A stretch of 64,000 bases of DNA. Origin: Flavobacterium sp. (GTDB lineage: Bacteria > Bacteroidota > Bacteroidia > Flavobacteriales > Flavobacteriaceae). Position numbers and translations under genes: made by a program. The stretch is from contig NZ_JAYSPC010000028.1 of the NCBI RefSeq assembly GCF_043722275.1, positions 22,693-86,692 of the forward strand, in the 5' to 3' direction. This document shows, piece after piece, positions 18,068 to 27,720 of the stretch (the first letter of the stretch is position 1; the number at the start of each line of letters is the position of its first letter). Under the pieces are notes generated by a model, which ran no database searches, had not been told where the DNA came from, and worked only from the letters and a program-made list of their open reading frames with translations.

Positions 18068-18901
18068 ATGCCGAAATTTAATCAGTTTGAAAAACTTGTT
18101 ATTCATGAATTTGAAGATGACGTATTTCCTCATGTTCCGCACACACATACTTATTATGAAATCATTTATATTAAAAAAGGAAGCGGAATCCATCATTTAA
18201 ATCACAACCCGCTTCCGTATAAAACCGGAGATTTATTTGTGATTTCTCCCGAAGATTATCATTATTTTGATATCAAAAAAAGAACTCGTTTTGTATACAT
18301 CAAGTTCACGGACAATTATTTTGATTCAAATAAAAACCTTTTTTGTGATGATTTGCTTTTGAATACGCCGGAAGATTTCATGCGAAACAAATTGCTCAAA
18401 GAAACCGTTTTAAAATTAGACGATCCGTGCAAAACGATTTTAAAAAATACTGTCGAAAACATTACGGCTTATAATTGCAAAACCGATGTTTCGACTTCGC
18501 CAATTGTTTTTTATCAGATTCTCTCCATTTTTGGATTAATCAAAGAAACTATCCGATGCATGAATTTGCAAATGAAATCGACGCATATAGATAACGAACA
18601 AATTGCAACTTATATTCATCAGAATATTTACCAGCCCAAACTGGTTCAAATTAAGGTAATCGCCAATCATTTTAATATTGCCGAATCTTATTTTAGTGCT
18701 TATTTCAAAAGGACTTTTGCGATTAGTTATCGTGATTACATTCATAATTTAAGAACTACTTTGATCGAAAAACGAATTCATAACGATCAATTACCGATTA
18801 AACAAATTGCTTACGAATTTGGTTTTACAGATGAAAGCCATTTATCGAACTATTTTAAAAAGAGAAAAAACATGAAACCTAGTGATTTTAAGAAAACTTA
18901 A
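18068..18901 (+). CDS. AraC-family transcriptional regulator
   Basis: Cupin HTHTYYEIIYI; C-terminal IKQIAYEFGFTDESHLSNYFKK. Confidence 0.92.
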   Translation: MPKFNQFEKLVIHEFEDDVFPHVPHTHTYYEIIYIKKGSGIHHLNHNPLPYKTGDLFVISPEDYHYFDIKKRTRFVYIKFTDNYFDSNKNLFCDDLLLNTPEDFMRNKLLKETVLKLDDPCKTILKNTVENITAYNCKTDVSTSPIVFYQILSIFGLIKETIRCMNLQMKSTHIDNEQIATYIHQNIYQPKLVQIKVIANHFNIAESYFSAYFKRTFAISYRDYIHNLRTTLIEKRIHNDQLPIKQIAYEFGFTDESHLSNYFKKRKNMKPSDFKKT

Positions 18902-18971
18902 AATTTGAAATCTTAAATAAATAGCAGCTCTAAAAAATTATTTCTAAATTTGTCATTCTAAAAACAATTCA

Positions 18972-19355
18972 TTGACGAAAAAATTCCACATATTATTTCT
19001 CTTTATAACCCTTGGCTTATTTTTGATGTCCAATTCAGGTTATGCCTGCGGAAGAGTCGAACAAAAAATGGATTGTGAGAAGAAATCATCTTCAAAAGAA
19101 GAAACTTCTGATTCTTGCCAGAAAGATTGTTGCAAAAAAGATAAATCTTCTAAGAAAGATCATGGCTGTAACGGAAAATGTGATCATTCAGGGTGCACAA
19201 CTTCTGGACTTTCATTTAGTTTGATTTCAATAAATGAATTTGATTTTAATGCTAATCTATTTAATTTCTCTCTTGAGAAATCTATTTCATATCACAAAAC
19301 CGCTAGTATTTCTGATGGTTTTACTTCGATCTGGTTGCCACCAAAAATAAAATAA
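18972..19355 (+). CDS. Cys-rich exported protein at the head of the copper cluster
   Basis: TTG start, signal-like N-terminus, SCQKDCCKK..HGCNGKCDHSGC, C-terminal IWLPPKI. Confidence 0.75.
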   Translation: MTKKFHILFLFITLGLFLMSNSGYACGRVEQKMDCEKKSSSKEETSDSCQKDCCKKDKSSKKDHGCNGKCDHSGCTTSGLSFSLISINEFDFNANLFNFSLEKSISYHKTASISDGFTSIWLPPKIK

Positions 19356-19524
19356 TTCTATTGCTGACAGCCATATTTGGGTTTAACTCCTAAGTTCCTA
19401 AGTCGCTAAGGTTCTAAGCAAAAAATTAAACTTTGCTTTCTGCTTCTCTGCGAGAAGCAACTTCAATAAAATAAAATTATTTAACTTAGAGATAAAATTT
19501 ACATTCTCTACAAAATCACATAAA

Positions 19525-20055
19525 ATGAAAAATTCAATATTAAATATAGCAGCAGTAATTGTATTAGTATTCTCTGCAAATTTCGTTCAGGCAAATACTG
19601 TCAAAACAGAAAAGACTTCGATTGAAATTGCTGATGCAAGTCAGTTACAATCTGTTTATGATGCGTATTTCACAGTAAAAGATGCATTAATTAAAAGTGA
19701 TGCTAAATTAACTTCGGCGAAAGCTACAGATTTATTGACCGCAATTAATGCCATAAAAATGGACAAATTAAAAAGTACTGAACATACTGTTTGGATGAAA
19801 GTGGTAAAAAAATTAACTGCTGACGCAAAAAGTATTTCGTCTAGCACAGACATCAAAAAGCAACGTGAGACTTTTAAATCACTTTCAAAAAACACTTATG
19901 ATTTAATTAAAGTTTCTAAATCTGATGTGGCGGTTTACAAACAATATTGTCCAATGGCAGATGCTGACTGGTTAAGTAAAGAAAAAGCAGTTAAGAATCC
20001 GTATTACGGCTCATCAATGTTGACTTGCGGAAATGTGGTAGAAACCATCAAATAA
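19525..20055 (+). CDS. DUF3347-like exported metal-cluster protein
   Basis: YFTVKDALIKSD, KQRETFKSLS, YKQYCPMA..WLS..KNPYYGSSMLTCG. Confidence 0.85.
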   Translation: MKNSILNIAAVIVLVFSANFVQANTVKTEKTSIEIADASQLQSVYDAYFTVKDALIKSDAKLTSAKATDLLTAINAIKMDKLKSTEHTVWMKVVKKLTADAKSISSSTDIKKQRETFKSLSKNTYDLIKVSKSDVAVYKQYCPMADADWLSKEKAVKNPYYGSSMLTCGNVVETIK

Positions 20056-20057
20056 AT

Positions 20058-20618
20058 ATGACATTCTACATCAAAAATATGGTGTGTGGTCGCTGTAAAA
20101 TGGTTGTGAAGTCTGAGTTTGAGAAACTCGGACTTCATACTATTTCAGTTGAATTAGGTGAAGTTGAATTAAAAGATACAATTACCGAAAATCAAAAGGA
20201 AATTTTACTTAAAAACCTTCAGGAATTAGGTTTCGATTTTATTGATGACAAAAAAACCAAAACTATTGAGAGAATAAAAAATCTCATTGTTGATTTAGTT
20301 CATCATAAAAACAACGATCTCAAAGTAAACCTATCTGATTTTTTGGTTGAAAACCTCAACCAGGATTATAGCACGCTTAGTAATTTATTCTCGGAAGTTG
20401 AAAACACCACAATCGAAAAGTATTTTATCAGTCAGAAAATTGAAAAAGTAAAAGAGTTATTGATTTACAACGAACTTTCGTTAAGCGAAATTGCTGATAT
20501 TTTAAACTACAGTAATGTGGCACATTTAAGCAATCAGTTCAAGAAAATTACTGGTTTCACTCCTACTTCATTCAAGCAATTGAAAGATAAAAACCGTATT
20601 CAGATTGAGGATTTGTAA
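20058..20618 (+). CDS. AraC-family regulator with N-terminal HMA-like metal-binding segment
   Basis: KNMVCGRC; C-terminal LSLSEIADILNYSNVAHLSNQFKK; ATG 20058. Confidence 0.88.
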   Translation: MTFYIKNMVCGRCKMVVKSEFEKLGLHTISVELGEVELKDTITENQKEILLKNLQELGFDFIDDKKTKTIERIKNLIVDLVHHKNNDLKVNLSDFLVENLNQDYSTLSNLFSEVENTTIEKYFISQKIEKVKELLIYNELSLSEIADILNYSNVAHLSNQFKKITGFTPTSFKQLKDKNRIQIEDL

Positions 20619-20631
20619 TTATAATTTATAA

Positions 20632-20661
20632 AAAAACGTGCTAATAATTTAGCACGTTTTT
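20632..20661. terminator. Bidirectional terminator-like hairpin
   Basis: aaaaacgtgcta/tagcacgttttt. Confidence 0.7.
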
Positions 20662-20886
20662 ATTTCAGCCCTAAACTTCCCCATATATCATTAGGATCAA
20701 CTGTTATACTTTTAGATTTGCCACTTTTGTAATCTGCATATGATTTCTTAACCTTTGCAACAAATTCAGGGTTGTAAAACTTTCTTCCTGAATTTTTACA
20801 CCTTTATTTCTAACCGCTAATAGCTTTGCTAGTTCTAGCAATATTTTACCAGCTTTAGTACGCTCATTTATAGTAATAGTTGTCAT
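20660..20886 (-). pseudogene. Frameshifted DUF2683-like antitoxin (or assembly indel)
   Basis: MTTITINERTKAGK.. continues in another frame as YNPEFVAKVKKSYADYKSGK..DPNDIWGSLGLK*; one extra T in the run at 20776-20779 joins them. Confidence 0.75.
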
Positions 20887-21015
20887 TCTCTTATTTTATT
20901 ATTACAACAACAATAGTGATATTTTCTTACGCATTTATGCTAAAAGGATAATATATATTTTTTGTATAACATTCAAAACATAAAGTATTAAATCAAGATT
21001 TGTAAAGAGTTTATT

Positions 21016-21207
21016 TCTCGCAGGTGCAGAAGCGCAAAGTTTTTCCACTAATTAAACGTGTGTTTTGTCATTTCGACGAAGGAGAAATCACACGAGAAAC
21101 TCCGCTCCTAATTGCCAATCTTTGTCGAATACCAGATGTGATTTCTCCTTCGTCAGAAATGACATAAAATGAGAAAAAAAACTTTGCGCTTTTGCGTCTT
21201 TGCGAGA
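21016..21207. repeat. CGCA-type inverted-repeat element with a GTCA hairpin element (21065-21164) nested inside
   Basis: tctcgcaggtgcagaagcgcaaagt / actttgcgcttttgcgtctttgcgaga outer arms. Confidence 0.8.
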
Positions 21208-21333
21208 TTATTTATCAAACCCAACAATAAATCTTTACGATTAAAATAATATTACAAATCATTCTCAAAATTATGCAAACCAAACTAAACCATACTTCGG
21301 AAATTTGCATTGTAATACTTAAAAATAGAAACA

Positions 21334-23868
21334 ATGACTCATCAATATATAATTTCAGGAATGTCGTGCGATGGCTGTCGGAAAAAAGTCGAAAAAACTT
21401 TGAATACGGTGGCAGGAATTCAGGCTGAAGTAACTTTAAATCCTCCATTGGCAACCATAACAATGGAAAAACATGTTCCAACTGAAAAATTTCAGGAAGT
21501 CTTAACCGAAGCCGGAAAATATACTATTGAGATGACTTCTTCTAAAAATCATACAGAACCTGCCGTTAAATCGTGTTGTTCTGGTCAGAAGAAAGACAAT
21601 TCTACAGAACATCAACACAAAAAAGAATCTACTGTAAATCATAATACAACCGGAGTTTTTTATTGCCCAATGCATTGTGAAGGTGATAAAACATACAACA
21701 AACCTGGAGATTGTCCGGTTTGCGGAATGGATTTAGTTCCTGAAGTTGCAATAAATGCTACGCAATTTACCTGCCCAATGCATCCTGAAATTGTTTCGAA
21801 TGAACCTGGTGACTGCACAATTTGCGGAATGGATCTTGTCCCGATGCAAGCTTCTGAAAATGAAGAGAACAAAACCTATACTGACTTATTAAAGAAAATG
21901 AAGATTGCGATTTTATTTACGCTTCCCATCTTTATTATTTCAATGTCAGAAATGATTCCTAACAATCCTCTTTATAATATAATGTCTGTTGAAAAATGGA
22001 ATTGGGTTCAGTTTTTATTTTCGATTCCGGTTCTTTTTTATGCGGGTTGGATGTTTTTTGTCCGTGCCTACAAATCCATTATTACATGGAATCTAAATAT
22101 GTTTACGTTAATTGGAATTGGAACAAGCGTTGCTTTCTTATTTAGTATTGCCGGAATGTTTTTTCCCGATATTTTCCCTACCGAATTTAAATCACATCAC
22201 GGAGCAATTCATCTTTATTTTGAAGCGGCGACCGTAATTATAACGTTGGTTTTATTAGGACAATTATTAGAAGCCAAAGCACACGGACAAACAAACGGAG
22301 CAATAAAAGCATTACTAAAACTCGCTCCAACCGAAGCTACTTTGGTGGAAAACGGAAATGATAAAACAATCTCAATTCATACTATTAAAAAAGGAGATTT
22401 ATTACGTGTAAAACCAGGAGAAAAAATTCCGGTCGACGGAAAAATTACAACGGGAGAAAGCAATATTGATGAAGCTATGATTACCGGAGAACCAATTCCG
22501 GTTGACAAAAAGATTGGTGATAATGTCATTGCAGGAACCATAAACGGAACAAAATCATTTGTGATGATTGCCGAAAAAGTGGGTTCAGAAACCTTGCTCT
22601 CGCAAATTATACAAATGGTTAATGATGCAAGCCGTTCAAGAGCTCCAATCCAGAAATTAGCAGATCGTGTGGCAAAGTATTTTGTACCAACGGTTGTCAT
22701 TATTTCTATTTTGACGTTTTTTATCTGGGCTAAATTTGGTCCGGAACCTTCATACATTTACGGATTAATTAATGCAATTGCGGTTTTAATTATTGCTTGT
22801 CCTTGCGCTTTAGGATTAGCAACTCCAATGTCGGTTATGGTTGGCGTAGGTAAAGGAGCACAATTCGGAATCCTGATAAAAAATGCTGAAGCCTTAGAAA
22901 ACATGAGCAAAATAGATGTTCTGATTACAGATAAAACCGGAACGATCACAGAAGGAAAACCATCTGTAGAAAAAATCTATGCCATTAATAATAATGAAAA
23001 TTTCTTATTACAAAATATCGCCTCGCTAAACCAACATAGCGAACATCCTTTGGCGCAAGCCGTAGTTAATTTTGCTAAAGCCAAAAATCAAACTTTAATT
23101 GAAGTTCCGGACTTTGAAGCCATTGCCGGAAAAGGAGTTATAGGAACGGTAAACAACTCAAAAATAGCTTTGGGAAATAAAAAACTAATGATTGAGGTTG
23201 GCGCTTCGGTTTCTGAAGATATTGAAAACAAAATTATTGCCGAACAAAATTTAGGTAAAACCGTTTCGTATATTGCTGTAAATAAAGTCGTTTTGGGTTA
23301 TGTAACGATTACCGATGCAATTAAGGAAAATAGTGTAAAAGCGATTAAGGAATTAATCGATCAGGGTGTTGAAGTGATTATGATGACGGGCGATAATGCA
23401 AATACGGCAAAAGCTGTTGCGAATCATTTGCATTTAAGTTCGTTTAAAGCAGATTGTCTTCCTGAAGATAAACTAAAAGAAATTCAGCGCTTGCAGGCCG
23501 AAGGTAAAATCGTTGCAATGGCGGGTGACGGAATCAACGATGCTCCGGCTTTGGCGCAAGCCAATATTGGAATCGCAATGGGAACCGGAACCGATGTTGC
23601 AATACAAAGTGCAAAAATTACGCTTGTCAAAGGCGACTTGAACGGAATTGTAAAAGCTAAAAAACTAAGTTTTTCGGTTATGAAAAATATAAAACAAAAT
23701 TTATTTTTTGCTTTTATATATAATGTATTGGGCGTTCCCATTGCCGCGGGAATTTTATATCCTGTATTTGGGATTTTGCTTTCGCCGATGTTAGCAGCTT
23801 TGGCAATGAGTCTGAGTTCAGTTTCTGTAATTGTAAATGCTTTGCGATTACGCAATCTAAATCTTTAA
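21334..23868 (+). CDS. copA: Copper-translocating P1B-type ATPase
   Basis: GMSCDGC HMA, two CPMH..CGMDL domains, TGE, CPC, DKTGT, SEHPLA, GDGINDAP, YN and MxxSS Cu(I) ligands. Confidence 0.95.
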   Translation: MTHQYIISGMSCDGCRKKVEKTLNTVAGIQAEVTLNPPLATITMEKHVPTEKFQEVLTEAGKYTIEMTSSKNHTEPAVKSCCSGQKKDNSTEHQHKKESTVNHNTTGVFYCPMHCEGDKTYNKPGDCPVCGMDLVPEVAINATQFTCPMHPEIVSNEPGDCTICGMDLVPMQASENEENKTYTDLLKKMKIAILFTLPIFIISMSEMIPNNPLYNIMSVEKWNWVQFLFSIPVLFYAGWMFFVRAYKSIITWNLNMFTLIGIGTSVAFLFSIAGMFFPDIFPTEFKSHHGAIHLYFEAATVIITLVLLGQLLEAKAHGQTNGAIKALLKLAPTEATLVENGNDKTISIHTIKKGDLLRVKPGEKIPVDGKITTGESNIDEAMITGEPIPVDKKIGDNVIAGTINGTKSFVMIAEKVGSETLLSQIIQMVNDASRSRAPIQKLADRVAKYFVPTVVIISILTFFIWAKFGPEPSYIYGLINAIAVLIIACPCALGLATPMSVMVGVGKGAQFGILIKNAEALENMSKIDVLITDKTGTITEGKPSVEKIYAINNNENFLLQNIASLNQHSEHPLAQAVVNFAKAKNQTLIEVPDFEAIAGKGVIGTVNNSKIALGNKKLMIEVGASVSEDIENKIIAEQNLGKTVSYIAVNKVVLGYVTITDAIKENSVKAIKELIDQGVEVIMMTGDNANTAKAVANHLHLSSFKADCLPEDKLKEIQRLQAEGKIVAMAGDGINDAPALAQANIGIAMGTGTDVAIQSAKITLVKGDLNGIVKAKKLSFSVMKNIKQNLFFAFIYNVLGVPIAAGILYPVFGILLSPMLAALAMSLSSVSVIVNALRLRNLNL

Positions 23869-23877
23869 AAAATCAAT

Positions 23878-26157
23878 ATGAAACTACAAATTATCCTATT
23901 TACTTTTTTGATTGCCTTTTCAGTAAAAGCTCAAAAAGTAGTTCGTTATGATTTACACGTTCGTGATACGATTGTAAATTTTTCCGGAAAAGAAAAACGC
24001 GCTCTTACTGTTAACGGACAAATCCCGATGCCGACATTGACTTTTACCGAAGGTGATATTGCCGAAATCTATGTACACAACGATTTAAAAAACGAAGATA
24101 CCGCGTTGCATTGGCACGGATTATTTTTACCGAATAAAGAAGATGGTGTTCCGTATTTGACTCAAATGCCAATAAAACCAGGAACAACACATAAATATTC
24201 TTTCCCAATTATCCAGAATGGAACGTATTGGTATCACAGTCATTCGGGTTTGCAGGAACAAATAGGTTTGTACGGACTTTTCATTATCAATAAGAAGAAA
24301 GACGATCCGACTTTTCGAAAAGGAATTGATGATTTACCAACTGTTCCGGTAATTTTAAGTGAATGGACGGATCTAAAACCGGAGAATATTCAGCGAATGC
24401 TGCACAATGCCAATGATTGGTTTGCGATAAAAAAAGGAACTACTCAAAGTTATGCCGAAGCCATAAAACATGGTGAGTTTTCGACAAAAGTCACGAACGA
24501 ATGGAAACGCATGAATGCGATGGATGTTAGCGATGTTTATTATGAGAAGTTCTTGATTAACGGAAAAAACGAACAACAGCTTTCACAATTTAAAGCGGGT
24601 GATAAAGTCAGATTGCGAATTGCAAATGGGGGCGCTTCGAGTTATTTCTGGCTGACTTATGGCGGCGGAAAAATTACTGTCGTGGCAAGTGACGGAAACG
24701 ATGTTGAACCTGTCGAAGTCGACCGATTGATTATTGCGGTTTCTGAAACTTATGATGTTGTGGTTACAATTCCTGAAGATAAAAAATCCTTTGCTTTTTT
24801 GGCTACAGCCGAAGACAGAACCGGATCTGCTTCTTTATTTTTAGGGGGAGGAACGAAACAATCCGTTTCACATCTTCCGAAATTAAAATATTTTGAAGGG
24901 ATGAAAATGATGAACGGCATGATGAAAATGAACGGTGAATTGAATGATATGGGCATGCAAATGTCTCTCAACAAAATGGACATGAATGCTGTGATGTATC
25001 CTGAAATTTCCGGAGAAGATAAATCTATAAAAACCCAAGATCATTCCAGTCATAATATGGAAGGAATGAAAATGGAAAATATGAAAATGGATGATATGCA
25101 AATGTCCAGCGACACTACAGAAGTTGGTCAAATAACAACTCTAAATTACGGAATGCTGAAATCGCCTAATAAAACCACTCTTCCAACTCCCGCTTCGGGG
25201 GCTGGGGGGCTAAAAGAATTACGCTTTGAATTATCCGGAAATATGAATCGTTATGTTTGGAGTTTAGACAATAAAGTAGTTTCTGAAACGGATAAAATTT
25301 TAATTAAAAAAGGTGAAAACGTTCGAATCGTATTGTACAACGGATCGATGATGCGTCACCCAATGCATTTACACGGTCATGATTTCAGGATTATTAATGA
25401 ACATGGCGATTATTCTCCGCTAAAAAATGTGATTGATATTATGCCCATGGAAACCGATACGATCGAATTTCAAGCCAATGCCGATGGCGATTGGTTTTTT
25501 CATTGTCACATTTTATATCACATGATGGCTGGAATGGGTCGTGTTTTTAGTTATGAAAATTCGGCGCCAAATCCGCTGATTCATGATCCTGAAATGGCGT
25601 ATAAAATGCTAAAAATGGACGATCGTATGTTTCATTTTATGGGCGAAAATGATTTTGCTTCAAACGGAAACGACGGTGAAGCAATGTACAGCAACACGCG
25701 TTGGAGCATTGGAACGGAATGGAGATTGGGTTATAATAACGAACATGGTTATGAAACCGAAACTCATATTGGTCGCTACATTGGAAAAAATCAATGGCTG
25801 ATGCCATTTATCGGTTTTGACTGGCGATATCGAAGAATGGGAATGGACGAACAGGAACAAAACCTTTTCGGACAAATCAATACTAAAGACAATCGTTCGG
25901 TTTTTAGCGCTGGTTTAGAATATACTTTGCCAATGCTTGTAAAAGCTCAGGTTGAGGTTTACACCGATGGAAATGTGAGAGTTCAGTTTGAACGAAAGGA
26001 TATTCCGCTTTCCAGACGTTTGCGAATGAATTTAATGTGGAATACAGATAAGGAATATATGGCTGGATTGAAATATATAGTTGCCAGAAACTTTGGAATT
26101 ACGACGCATTATGATAGTGATATGGGAGTTGGTTTTGGATTGAATCTGAATTATTAG
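23878..26157 (+). CDS. Multicopper oxidase (PcoA/CopA-type) with Met/His-rich insert and C-terminal beta-barrel-like domain
   Basis: HWHG, WYHSH, HPMHLHGH, HCHILYHM; amphipathic strands ending GLNLNY. Confidence 0.92.
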   Translation: MKLQIILFTFLIAFSVKAQKVVRYDLHVRDTIVNFSGKEKRALTVNGQIPMPTLTFTEGDIAEIYVHNDLKNEDTALHWHGLFLPNKEDGVPYLTQMPIKPGTTHKYSFPIIQNGTYWYHSHSGLQEQIGLYGLFIINKKKDDPTFRKGIDDLPTVPVILSEWTDLKPENIQRMLHNANDWFAIKKGTTQSYAEAIKHGEFSTKVTNEWKRMNAMDVSDVYYEKFLINGKNEQQLSQFKAGDKVRLRIANGGASSYFWLTYGGGKITVVASDGNDVEPVEVDRLIIAVSETYDVVVTIPEDKKSFAFLATAEDRTGSASLFLGGGTKQSVSHLPKLKYFEGMKMMNGMMKMNGELNDMGMQMSLNKMDMNAVMYPEISGEDKSIKTQDHSSHNMEGMKMENMKMDDMQMSSDTTEVGQITTLNYGMLKSPNKTTLPTPASGAGGLKELRFELSGNMNRYVWSLDNKVVSETDKILIKKGENVRIVLYNGSMMRHPMHLHGHDFRIINEHGDYSPLKNVIDIMPMETDTIEFQANADGDWFFHCHILYHMMAGMGRVFSYENSAPNPLIHDPEMAYKMLKMDDRMFHFMGENDFASNGNDGEAMYSNTRWSIGTEWRLGYNNEHGYETETHIGRYIGKNQWLMPFIGFDWRYRRMGMDEQEQNLFGQINTKDNRSVFSAGLEYTLPMLVKAQVEVYTDGNVRVQFERKDIPLSRRLRMNLMWNTDKEYMAGLKYIVARNFGITTHYDSDMGVGFGLNLNY

Positions 26158-26293
26158 TTGTTTTTAAGCCATATAAGTAATTTAAGTTCATATCAAACGT
26201 GTGTCTAAATATCTGCGATTATGTTCTAAAAATAAGTTTCACATATCAACAAAAAGATTTTGAATATATTCGAAGACCTTTTAAGGTTTTTTC

Positions 26294-26402
26294 GCCACGA
26301 ATTTCACGAATTTGCATTAATTTTTAAACTCATTGCGAAAAATAATTTGCGGAAATTTTTGGAATTCGTGGCAAAAATTATGTGTCTAACTTTGACAAAG
26401 TT
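26294..26402. repeat. GCCACGAATT-family palindromic element, copy 1
   Basis: gccacgaatttcacgaattt...gaattcgtggcaaaa..tttgacaaagtt; direct-repeat partner at 26785-26920. Confidence 0.85.
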
Positions 26403-26562
26403 CTTCGTCTGGAAATCTTTTAAATTCTATAATCTATATCTAAAAACACTTTAAGCTTTATTAACAATTATTATAGAAACATTAACTTCTTGTAAGAATC
26501 AACCTTAACAAATACTCTTATATTTGAATCACCATAAAAACAAAAAATTAAAATTATCTAAA

Positions 26563-26718
26563 ATGACAAAAGTAATTACTGTTTTAACGATTGCCTTATT
26601 TACAATTGGCGTGAGTGCACAGGAAACTAAACCTGCTAAAAAAGAAAAAGCTAAAAAGGAATCTTGTTGCAAGAAAACTGATGCAAAAGACAAAAAAGCA
26701 TGTTGCGCTAAAAAATAA
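26563..26718 (+). CDS. Tiny secreted Lys/Cys-rich peptide with two CC pairs
   Basis: MTKVITVLTIALFTIGVSA|QETKPAKKEKAKKESCCKKTDAKDKKACCAKK; -7 box TATATTTG at 26519-26526; terminator at 26737-26768. Confidence 0.8.
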   Translation: MTKVITVLTIALFTIGVSAQETKPAKKEKAKKESCCKKTDAKDKKACCAKK

Positions 26719-26736
26719 TCGCAACGTATTTAACAG

Positions 26737-26768
26737 AAAAAGGCTTCGAAATATATTCGAAGCCTTTT
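26737..26768 (+). terminator. Terminator after the CC peptide
   Basis: aaaaggcttcgaa/ttcgaagcctttt followed by a T-run. Confidence 0.8.
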
Positions 26769-26784
26769 TTTATTGTTTTTGTTT

Positions 26785-26920
26785 GCCACGAATTTCACGA
26801 ATTTGCACTAATTTTTAAAATCAATGCGAAAAAATAATTCGCGGGAATTCGTGAAATTGCTTCGCCTGTTCGCTATCGCTCGGGCCGTGGCAAAAATATG
26901 TTTCTAAATTTGACAAAGTT
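26785..26920. repeat. GCCACGAATT-family element, copy 2, with an internal ~27-bp insertion
   Basis: Aligns with 26294-26402 plus the insert gcttcgcctgttcgctatcgctcgggc. Confidence 0.8.
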
Positions 26921-26933
26921 TTTTTGCGCATTT

Positions 26934-27038
26934 TTGTCTTCCCGAGGAACGAGGGATCTCCGCAGGTAGCTCGACAATTCAAGAAAAAATACTTTGCGGT
27001 AGTTTCTTGCGGAGATCCCTCGTTCCTCGGGAGGACAA
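26934..27038. repeat. ~105-bp GTCA-type hairpin element (GAGGAACGAG subfamily)
   Basis: Near-identical, including the internal spacer, to the reverse complement of 61537-61640. Confidence 0.88.
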
Positions 27039-27103
27039 TAATTGTGGTTACTTTATGTTTAATCTTTTTATGGGATAACTATTAAGAGTGGCAAAAAATA
27101 AAA

Positions 27104-27556
27104 CTATTTAATCCTTACGCTCCATTCAAAATCCATTTCAGAAACCTGGATTCCTTTTTCATCTGTTCCTATGGATTTCATCCAGAAGGTTTGCCCCTCG
27201 CCTGTTTCGATTGTTTTTTTGATTGCATCGGCAATTAAATGTCCGTCGTTACAAACAAATGTGATTCTTCCGGTTGCTTTTTTTGTGAAGTTCCCTTTAT
27301 TATTTGCTACCAGCATTGAGATTTTTTTTCCGCTTTGCTGAATCTGTGAAATTACCAATGCTCCGGTTGTTAATTCTGCTGCCATTGCCTGAACTGCAAA
27401 ATACATGGAGTTAAAAGGATTTTGATTGATCCATCTGTGTTTGACACTTACCACGCATCTATCGTCGTCGATTGCCTTTACGCGTACACCGCAAATGTAT
27501 GCTGATGGTAGTTTGAATAATACAAATTTGTTGAGTTTAGAAACCGATAATGCCAT
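27104..27556 (-). CDS. DUF4442-like hotdog-fold/thioesterase protein
   Basis: NQNPFNSMYFAVQAMAAELTTG; FTKKATGRITF. Confidence 0.8.
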   Translation of the reverse strand: MALSVSKLNKFVLFKLPSAYICGVRVKAIDDDRCVVSVKHRWINQNPFNSMYFAVQAMAAELTTGALVISQIQQSGKKISMLVANNKGNFTKKATGRITFVCNDGHLIADAIKKTIETGEGQTFWMKSIGTDEKGIQVSEMDFEWSVRIK

Positions 27557-27720
27557 GTGATTGTTTTTTTATGTAAAAATACAAAAAAACTATGCACGCA
27601 CAATAAATTGGAAATACTTTCATAAACACCCAATAATAACAAGGGTTGCAGATGATTTTCAATGCGTTATAAGTTGTATTATAATTTTAACTTTGTTAAT
27701 ATTTTGTTAATATTTAGTAC

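Noticed and set aside
21215-21481. Antisense and overlapping short ORFs inside long genes (e.g. 2942, 13335, 21215, 22377, 23484, 30803, 31843, 52531, 53142, 63690)
   Set aside because: Shadow ORFs of well-supported genes; no motifs or independent expression signals
24883-25131. His-rich antisense ORF that looks like a metal-binding peptide
   Set aside because: The CAT codons are simply the reverse complement of the Met (ATG)-rich insert of the multicopper oxidase
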